Source: Anaerolineales bacterium (GTDB lineage Bacteria; Chloroflexota; Anaerolineae; Anaerolineales; DRMV01). Taken from it: a stretch of 42,792 bases of DNA. Both the position numbers and the translations under genes were made by a program. The notes under the pieces are model-generated. The model made no database searches, was not told where the DNA came from, and saw nothing but the letters and a program-made list of their open reading frames with translations. The stretch is from NCBI GenBank assembly GCA_026985995.1, contig JALSPJ010000102.1, positions 1-42,792 on the forward strand. Reading direction: 5' to 3'. How positions within the stretch are numbered: the first letter of the stretch is position 1; each line of letters starts with the position of its first letter. This document shows, piece by piece, positions 25,991-32,586 of the stretch.

Positions 25991-28036
25991 TCAGGGCGCG
26001 CGCACTTCCAGGCGGTAACGGGCCGGGAAGCGGGTGAAGCGGGTCACATCCATGAGCACCAAGGTGGCGCTGCGCCATTCCCCATCCAAAGGCAGCTCGG
26101 CCTGCAGCCGCAGGCCTTCCGTTATGGGCAGGTAACGCACCTGGGTTTGGCCCCGGCCCTGCAAAATCAGCGCCGCCCGATAGGCCCGCGGGATGCGGTT
26201 GGTGGCCCGGGCCCAACCTTCGGCCTGCCAGTCGCCCAGGCCGGTCTCGAAGTCTTCGGCGTAGCCGGCCTCGGGCACGGCCAGGTCGTCCAACAGCCAC
26301 CCCCAGCGGTTGACCGCCGCGTCGGTGAGGTATTCGAAGCGCACCTGCACCCGCTGGCCGGCGTAGGCGCTGAGGTCCACCTGTTCCTGCACCCAACCGC
26401 CCGAGGCGTCGGTATAGCCCCAGCCGTAATTGTTGCCTACCGGGTTGCGGTCGGTTCCCCCTGGGGGGCGCAGCATGTGCCAGGTTTGCCCGTCGGTGGA
26501 AGCCAGCACATAGCCGTAGTCGTAATCGGCTTCGATGTCGTACCAGGTCCAGTAAGTGAGGGTGAGGGGGCTGCCCGGCGGGTAGGCGGTGAAGTCGAAG
26601 GTGCGGGTCAGACGCATGTCGCTGCTGTCGCCGTAGGTGGACCACACGGCAAAGTCGCCGCTGTGGGGTTCCACGGGCCACAGCCGGGCCCAGGGGTCGA
26701 GGGTGACTTCCAGCTGCCACACGCCGCGGCAAGCGATGGTGATGTAATCCACGCCAAAGGGCGCGACCTCGCCGCTCACCGGCCCCTGGGGGCAGCGGTC
26801 GAGGCGCAAAGAGGGTTCCGCCGGGCGGATGCGATGGCGGGTGTAGCCGAAACGCCCGTCTTCCAGGTCGGGGTCGGCCAGAAAATTGGCGATGGCCCAA
26901 TCCAGGAACAGGTCTTCGGCGCGCAAGGGCTGGCCTGTGACCGGGTGGCGGGCGCCGATGCGCTGCAGCACGGCTTCGACCGCGTCCACACCATTGGCCG
27001 GCGCCGCGACCAGCGCACGAGTAGCCTGCTCGCCGAAGCGTTCCAAAAAATAAAGGGTAAAGAGGAACCCGCCGCCGTAGTAGGGCAGGGAACTGCCTTG
27101 CGCGGGGTCGGGCCAGTGCAGCAAGGGGAAGTCGGGATTGCGCAGGTACAGCAGGTCAAAGAAGCCACGGTCGTAGCCGTTGAGCAGCACGGCCAGTTCC
27201 GAAAAGCCTTCGTTGAGCCAGGCTTCCTCGTTGGGGTCCCGGGCCTGGTGAATCATGTGTTGGAACTCGTGGGCCAGCACCGCGTAAGTGTCGGTGTTGG
27301 CGTCCAGCATGGACGCGCTGAGGATGAACATCTCGTGGGCGTTGGAGAAGGGGTGTACCTGGGGCGGCAGCGCGTCGGCGGCGGAGAAGTAGCCGGCCAC
27401 CGAGCCCACGCCCTGGGCGAACAGGATGTAGAGATGCGGGTCGCCGTCAATGCCCGGCGACGGTTCCGCACCGAAAAAGGCGCGGGTGGTGGGGTAGATG
27501 TGAGCCTCGAACTCCCGGGCCAGGGCCTGCGCGGTGGCCGGGTCGTAACGCACCCGTTGGTCGACCCACACATAGGCGTGCTCGGTGACCGCGGCCAATT
27601 GGGCCTGAATGGGAAAGGCTTGCACGCCGTCGGTGTCGGTGACATAGAAAGTGCGCACCGTGCCCACGGGAAGGGGTGCGGCCGGGGTGGGGGTGGCCCA
27701 GGTCACAGGCTGGCCGGTAAGGCGGGTGAACACGGTCACGGGGTCGTGCAAGGGGGGGCGGGCCTGCAGCAGGGCCTGGTAGGTCTGGTGGGCCGGGTCC
27801 GTGGGGGGGGCGGGGGAACCGGCGGGGGCCGGGGCCGCGGTGGGTGGCGCGGCGGTGGGTAGGGACCAGGGGGGTGTGGGCCAGGGAGTGGCCGTGGGTG
27901 CGGCCGGTTGGGGGGCGCGGCGGCCTAAGGTGACCGCGGCCCAGCCCAGCCAGAGGCCCGCGTTACAGCCCAGCAAGGCCAGGGCGGTCAGGACCAGGGG
28001 CCACCAACGCGGTGGGTGTTTTGCGTTTGGGAGCAT
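25991..28036 (-). CDS. Secreted zinc metalloprotease (HExxH) with an InhA/M6-like C-terminal architecture
   Basis: Signal anchor WWPLVLTALALLGC and active site VLAHEFQHMIH...NEGFSE. The C-terminal WTWYDIEADYDYGYVLASTDGQTW segment is typical of M6-like proteases. GGGAGAG precedes the ATG at 28036. Confidence 0.8.
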   Translation of the reverse strand: MLPNAKHPPRWWPLVLTALALLGCNAGLWLGWAAVTLGRRAPQPAAPTATPWPTPPWSLPTAAPPTAAPAPAGSPAPPTDPAHQTYQALLQARPPLHDPVTVFTRLTGQPVTWATPTPAAPLPVGTVRTFYVTDTDGVQAFPIQAQLAAVTEHAYVWVDQRVRYDPATAQALAREFEAHIYPTTRAFFGAEPSPGIDGDPHLYILFAQGVGSVAGYFSAADALPPQVHPFSNAHEMFILSASMLDANTDTYAVLAHEFQHMIHQARDPNEEAWLNEGFSELAVLLNGYDRGFFDLLYLRNPDFPLLHWPDPAQGSSLPYYGGGFLFTLYFLERFGEQATRALVAAPANGVDAVEAVLQRIGARHPVTGQPLRAEDLFLDWAIANFLADPDLEDGRFGYTRHRIRPAEPSLRLDRCPQGPVSGEVAPFGVDYITIACRGVWQLEVTLDPWARLWPVEPHSGDFAVWSTYGDSSDMRLTRTFDFTAYPPGSPLTLTYWTWYDIEADYDYGYVLASTDGQTWHMLRPPGGTDRNPVGNNYGWGYTDASGGWVQEQVDLSAYAGQRVQVRFEYLTDAAVNRWGWLLDDLAVPEAGYAEDFETGLGDWQAEGWARATNRIPRAYRAALILQGRGQTQVRYLPITEGLRLQAELPLDGEWRSATLVLMDVTRFTRFPARYRLEVRAP

Positions 28037-28372
28037 GGGGCTCTCCCTGCGGGGTGGGGCGGGGCTATCGAAAAAGCCCCGAGCAGGCACCCCGACGGCA
28101 CCCGGAGACACCACCTTAGGGCTGCTTCCTCTCGGACCTGACCCGGTTCGGTGGGCTCCGCCGCGTCGGACCCACTCGGGGCGCCTCTAACTATACCCAA
28201 AAACCCGGCCCGCGTCAACGGCCGAGCAACACGGCCCCGGGGCTTTTTAACGCCCACGGCCTCCACAACGCCGATTCACACATCGTCCTCCTTGGGCGGT
28301 TACGCGAGCTTTGGTAACATTTCAAGCAACGGCGCGCCAGGAGCGGGACGGCAGACAACCCAGGAGACGACG

Positions 28373-29164
28373 ATGACTTTGGCCTGGATGCAGCAAGGCG
28401 AAGGCCCGGCGGTGGTCTTCTTACATGGCTTTGCCGGCAGCCGCTGGCAGTGGCAAGCCTATGTGGAAGCCGTCGCCGCGGCCGGCTTTCGAGGCTACGC
28501 GGTGGACCTCCCCGGCCATGGGGATAGTCCCGAGCCCCCCGCGGAGCGCCCGGCCTCCCCGTGGGCGTGGGCCACACCCCTGCTCCGCTGGCTGGAAACC
28601 CACACCGGCGCCGGGCCCATCCACCTGGTGGGGCATTCCCTGGGCGGGTATCTGGCCCTGGCCTACGCGTTACACGCGCCGCAACGCGTGGCCAGCCTGA
28701 CCCTGTTCACGCCCCTGGTGGCCCAGGCCGCACTGCGCACCAGGCAGCGCGTGCTGGTAGCCTTGGTGGGCCGGTGGCCATGGCTGCCGGCGCGCTGGCC
28801 GGGCTGGGTGCGCCAGGCCCTGCGCTGGAGCCTGCGGTTTTACCCCGAAGCCCGGCGCATGAGCCCGATGCAACGCCAACGCCGCATTGCCGAATTGCAG
28901 CGCATATCCCCGCGGGTGGTGTGGGCCGTGAGCCGGGTGCCGGACCTGCGCCCCCGGCTGCGCGCGCTGACCGTGCGCACCTGGGTCATCGGCGGCGCGC
29001 GCGATTCCGTGCTCGACCCGGCTTCGTATGCCGCGTTGGGTCACATCATGCCCCACGCGCGGGTCACCATGCTGCCCCACGCGGGGCACATTCCGCACCT
29101 CACCGAGGTTGCCGAATTGCGGGTTCAGCTGGTGGCCTGGCTCAGAGGCCGCGCGTCGACGTAG
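28373..29164 (+). CDS. Alpha/beta-fold hydrolase
   Basis: VVFLHGFAGS, the nucleophile elbow GHSLGG, and a C-terminal HAGHIPHL. AGGAGA lies 6 nt before the ATG. Confidence 0.85.
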   Translation: MTLAWMQQGEGPAVVFLHGFAGSRWQWQAYVEAVAAAGFRGYAVDLPGHGDSPEPPAERPASPWAWATPLLRWLETHTGAGPIHLVGHSLGGYLALAYALHAPQRVASLTLFTPLVAQAALRTRQRVLVALVGRWPWLPARWPGWVRQALRWSLRFYPEARRMSPMQRQRRIAELQRISPRVVWAVSRVPDLRPRLRALTVRTWVIGGARDSVLDPASYAALGHIMPHARVTMLPHAGHIPHLTEVAELRVQLVAWLRGRAST

Positions 29165-29168
29165 GTTC

Positions 29169-29323
29169 CCAGGGCTTTTTCTTTCTCTAACACCACCGGC
29201 ATCTACAACATCAAGTTTAAATTTCACACAGAGACACAGAGAACACGGAGAGAACAATTTCTCCCATTTCTCTGTGTTCACCGTGCCTCCGTGCGATTTT
29301 ATTCGTACTTGGAAAAGCCCTGG
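29169..29323. repeat. AT-rich insert flanked by 11-bp inverted repeats (CCAGGGCTTTT / AAAAGCCCTGG) with an internal imperfect long hairpin
   Basis: Arms at 29169-29179 and 29313-29323. The interior is about 44% G+C by hand count (58/132). It contains CACAGAGA-type repeats and a stem 29234-29243/29268-29277. The motif ttctctgtgttca resembles ttctgtgttca at 25697. Confidence 0.6.
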
Positions 29324-30075
29324 TCGGTTCCCCACACCGCCTGAACCAACGCCGGCAGCACCTGACCCGCAGGGCCGCGCAGCGTGTGGTCCATCAGCGG
29401 CGAAAGCGCGCTGGGCCGGGGGTTGACCTCCACCAGGTACGCGCCGGCCTCTTTGGCCATAACGGGCAGCGAAGCCGCGGGCTGCACCAGCCCCGAAGTG
29501 CCCACCACCAGCATCACATCGGCCCTTTGCGCCGCGCGCACCGCGGCCTGCCACGCATCCTGGGGCAGGCCTTCGCCGAACCACACCACATCGGGCCGCA
29601 GCAGGCCACCGCACGCCGGGCAGCGGGGCACCCCCTCAGGGCCGGGTGGGCCCCAGGCCTCGGGCGGAACCACACGCCGGCATTGGGCGCACACCGTGCG
29701 GTGCAGGTTGCCGTGCAGCTCAATGACCCGCCGGGAACCGGCCTGCTGGTGCAGGCCATCCACATTCTGGGTCACCACCGTCACCTGGGGCACCCAGCGT
29801 TCCAGGCGGGCCACGGCCTCATGGCCGGGGTTGGGTCGGGCGCGGCGCACCAGCTCCCGCCGCCAGGCGTACCAATCCCACACCCGTTTGGGGTGGCGGC
29901 GAAAAGCCTCGGGCGAAGCCAGCTCGGTGGGGTCATAGCGGGCCCACAGGCCCGTTTGTGCATCACGAAAAGTGGGCACGCCGCTTTCGGCTGACATGCC
30001 CGCGCCGCTAAAAACGACCAGATGCCGGGCCGTGCGCAGGCGCTCCACCAGGGGCAGGGGAAAAAGATGCGGCAT
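29299..30075 (-). CDS. cobB: NAD-dependent protein deacylase (CobB-type sirtuin)
   Basis: FSGAGMSAESGVPTFRD, the catalytic HG within IELHGNLH, and a Zn ribbon CAQC...CPACGG. SD spacing favours the ATG at 30075 (the third codon of the track ORF). Confidence 0.9.
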   Translation of the reverse strand: MPHLFPLPLVERLRTARHLVVFSGAGMSAESGVPTFRDAQTGLWARYDPTELASPEAFRRHPKRVWDWYAWRRELVRRARPNPGHEAVARLERWVPQVTVVTQNVDGLHQQAGSRRVIELHGNLHRTVCAQCRRVVPPEAWGPPGPEGVPRCPACGGLLRPDVVWFGEGLPQDAWQAAVRAAQRADVMLVVGTSGLVQPAASLPVMAKEAGAYLVEVNPRPSALSPLMDHTLRGPAGQVLPALVQAVWGTDQGFSKYE

Positions 30076-30095
30076 AAGCATGGCCTCCCGGGCGA

Positions 30096-30120
30096 GAAAA
30101 GCGCTTTTCGCGCCATTATA
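30096..30120 (-). promoter_or_regulatory. TATAAT box followed by a perfect 14-bp palindrome GAAAAGCGCTTTTC upstream of the sirtuin gene
   Basis: The minus strand reads gggggTATAATggcgcGAAAAGCGCTTTTCtcgcccGGGAGG. The palindrome at 30096-30109 lies at the predicted transcript start. Confidence 0.45.
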
Positions 30121-30202
30121 CCCCCGCCAATTTGCCTACCGCGCGCCCGCCGCCCGGCGCACTGCTTGCTGTATACTCTAAATCCCCCTAAAGGAGCGCC
30201 CC

Positions 30203-31906
30203 ATGACTGCTCAAGCCCACCACCGCTACATCCTGCGCATCACCGGCATGACCTGCGACGGTTGCGCCCAACATGTCACCCAGGCCCTGCAGCAGGTGCC
30301 CGGCGTGCTTCAGGTCCGGGTGCCCGGCTGGCAGTCGGGACGGGCCGAAGTGGTGGCCGAGGCCCAGGTGCGCGTCCAGGCCCTGGTCGACGCGGTAGCC
30401 CAGGCCGGCTACCGCGCGCGGGTGCTCCTTGAGGAACCCGACAGCGAGGGCCCTGGCCGGCCGCGTGCGCCCCAGCCGCAGCCCACCCCCATGGTCGCTT
30501 CCGAAGCCGACTTCGACCTCATCGTCATCGGCGGCGGCTCTGCCGGCTTCGCCGCGGCCATCCGCGCGGCCGAAGAGGGCGCGCGGGTGCTCATGGTCAA
30601 CCAGGGGCCCATCGGCGGCACCTGTGTGAACATCGGCTGCGTGCCGTCCAAGTTCCTCATCCGGGCCATGGCCCACTACCACCGCGCGGGGGAAGCCCGC
30701 TACGCGGGCGTGCACACGACCCAGGCCGCGCTGCACTGGTTCCGCCTGACGGCCCAAAAGGACGCGCTGGTGGCCGACCTGCGCCGGACCAAATACGAAG
30801 ATGTGCTCGCGGCCTACCCCACCGTCACCTACACGCAGGGGAAAGCCCGTCTGGCCCCGGGCCCCACGGTCCAGGTCAACGGCGCGTCCTACCGGGCGCC
30901 CAAGGTGGTGCTGGCCACGGGCGCTCGGCCCTGGGCGCCGCCCATCCCCGGGCTGGCCGAGGCGGGCTACCTGACCAGCACCACGGCCCTGGCGTTGCGC
31001 AGCCTGCCCCGAACCCTGGTCGTGCTGGGCGGCAACGCGGTGGGCCTGGAGCTGGCCCAGCTTTTCGCCCGCGCCGGCGTGGCCGTGACCCTGGTGGAAC
31101 GCCTGCCCCGCATCGCGCCTTTCGAAGACGAGGAAGTGAGCCGGGAACTGACCCGTCACCTGGAGGCCGAGGGCCTGCGCATTCTGACCCGGGCGCGAAC
31201 GGAGCGGGTCGAGCGCACCCCCGCGGGCTACCGACTACACCTTACCCTGGCCGACGGCCAAACCCACACCCTGAAAGCCGAGCGGCTGCTGGTGGCCACG
31301 GGCCGGCGGCCCAACACCGCGGGCCTGGGTCTGGAGGCCCTGGGCATCGCCACCGACCGCCGCGGGGCCATCCGGGTGGACGAGTACGCCCGTACCACGC
31401 ATCCCGATGTGTACGCGGCCGGGGATTGCGCCGCCCTGCCCCAGTTCGTCTATGTGGCCGCGCACAGCGGCACCGTGGCCGCGGCCAACGCCCTGCGGGG
31501 CGACCACCACACCCTGGACCTGAACGCGCTGCCCCGGGTCATCTTCACCGACCCGCAAGTCGCGACCGCGGGGCTGACCGAAGCCCAGGCCCGGGAGCAG
31601 GGCCTGGCCGTGGAGGTCCGAACCCTGGCCCTGGAGCATGTCCCCCAGGCCCTGACCGCGCGCGATACCCGGGGGGTCATCAAGCTGGTGGCCGATGCAA
31701 CCTCGGGTCGGCTCCTGGGCGCGCACATCGTGGCCCCGGAGGCCGGGGAAGTCATCCAGACCGCGGTGCTGGCCATCCGGGCCGGGATGACGGTACACGA
31801 GCTGGGCCGCATGCTCTTCCCCTACCTGACCCTGAGCGAGGGCCTGAAACTCGCGGCCCAGACTTTCGAGAAAGATGTGACCCGGCTGAGCTGCTGCGCG
31901 GGCTGA
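30203..31906 (+). CDS. merA: Mercuric reductase with an N-terminal HMA (NmerA) domain
   Basis: GMTCDGC metal-binding motif, FAD motif VIGGGSAG, redox-active GGTCVNIGCVPSK, and the C-terminal LSCCAG cysteine pair diagnostic of MerA. Confidence 0.93.
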   Translation: MTAQAHHRYILRITGMTCDGCAQHVTQALQQVPGVLQVRVPGWQSGRAEVVAEAQVRVQALVDAVAQAGYRARVLLEEPDSEGPGRPRAPQPQPTPMVASEADFDLIVIGGGSAGFAAAIRAAEEGARVLMVNQGPIGGTCVNIGCVPSKFLIRAMAHYHRAGEARYAGVHTTQAALHWFRLTAQKDALVADLRRTKYEDVLAAYPTVTYTQGKARLAPGPTVQVNGASYRAPKVVLATGARPWAPPIPGLAEAGYLTSTTALALRSLPRTLVVLGGNAVGLELAQLFARAGVAVTLVERLPRIAPFEDEEVSRELTRHLEAEGLRILTRARTERVERTPAGYRLHLTLADGQTHTLKAERLLVATGRRPNTAGLGLEALGIATDRRGAIRVDEYARTTHPDVYAAGDCAALPQFVYVAAHSGTVAAANALRGDHHTLDLNALPRVIFTDPQVATAGLTEAQAREQGLAVEVRTLALEHVPQALTARDTRGVIKLVADATSGRLLGAHIVAPEAGEVIQTAVLAIRAGMTVHELGRMLFPYLTLSEGLKLAAQTFEKDVTRLSCCAG

Positions 31907-31986
31907 GCCCCAAGGAGCCCGCGCCGGTCAGGAGATGTAGGCGCTGCCCATGAGCACGGCTCAGGCCCTGGATGGACCGCGCGGCT

Positions 31987-32331
31987 TCAAGCGCCCGCGC
32001 CGGCCGCGCCACACGCCCCGCCCCCGGCAAACACCGCGGCCAGCAACAGGCCAATCGCGCCCCCACGCAGGAAGAGGCGCGCCAGCTCCAAATACCACAC
32101 CAGCGTGGCCAAATCCAAACCCACCGCGCGCGGGCGCAGCAAAGGGAAAAGCGCGACGCGCGCCGCCCAGGCCAGGCCCAGCAACACCATGGCCCCCGCG
32201 GTCAGCCACGCAGCCCGCGGGCAGCGACGGCCATGCCGCCAGGCCAGCAACAGGCCCACGCCGTAAAGGCCCAGCTCGGCGAAACGAAACAGCCACCCGA
32301 TGATAAGCCCGAGAACGAAAGGCATCGGCAC
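31987..32331 (-). CDS. Small hypothetical membrane protein
   Basis: 114 aa with three or four hydrophobic segments and no recognisable motif. Weak SD (AGGTG). Confidence 0.45.
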   Translation of the reverse strand: MPMPFVLGLIIGWLFRFAELGLYGVGLLLAWRHGRRCPRAAWLTAGAMVLLGLAWAARVALFPLLRPRAVGLDLATLVWYLELARLFLRGGAIGLLLAAVFAGGGACGAAGAGA

Positions 32332-32384
32332 ACACCTGACGCGGAAAGGTCACGGCGTCAAAAATTATACACAAATTCTGGCCG

Positions 32385-32413
32385 TTGACAAGTCCACCCG
32401 GCTGTGCTATAAT
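32385..32413 (+). promoter_or_regulatory. Consensus sigma-70 promoter TTGACA-17-TATAAT for the initiator tRNA
   Basis: TTGACA at 32385-32390, a 17-nt spacer, and TATAAT at 32408-32413, 26 nt before the tRNA 5' end. Confidence 0.8.
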
Positions 32414-32439
32414 GCCGGGCGGCTTGAGCAAGCACACGG

Positions 32440-32513
<74 letters not shown>

Positions 32514-32517
32514 TGGC

Positions 32518-32550
32518 AAGAGCCGCAGGTAGCGCCTGCGGCTCTTCTTA
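32518..32550 (+). terminator. Hairpin terminator or attenuator between the tRNA-fMet and nusA
   Basis: 12-bp stem AAGAGCCGCAGG/CCTGCGGCTCTT, loop TAGCG, followed by cTTaT (short T tract). Confidence 0.65.
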
Positions 32551-32586
32551 TAGCCCTTCGCATCCCTCCCTGGGGAGTAAACCGGC

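Noticed and set aside
27800-27920. Dense G runs on the plus strand that could look like G-quadruplex motifs
   Set aside because: They lie inside the metalloprotease coding region and simply encode its Pro/Thr/Ala-rich N-terminal linker on the minus strand. There is no reason to invoke a separate element.
28150-28174. Hairpin GTGGGcTCCG-ccgcgt-CGGAcCCAC and other short stems in the divergent protease/hydrolase intergenic region
   Set aside because: These are short stems with no T tract or recognisable RNA-family features. Stems of this size are expected by chance at this GC content.
29299-30081. Sir2-domain protein as a possible anti-phage (Thoeris/DSR-like) effector
   Set aside because: It is a compact CobB-type sirtuin with an intact Zn ribbon and the canonical GAGxS and catalytic-His (HG) motifs. 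It has no fused sensor or effector domain, no partner gene, and lies in a housekeeping context.
30110-30202. Searched the merA upstream region for a MerR-type operator and an obvious promoter
   Set aside because: Only a TATACT box (30172-30177) without a convincing -35 was found. There is no long-spacer dyad, and no merR gene in the window.
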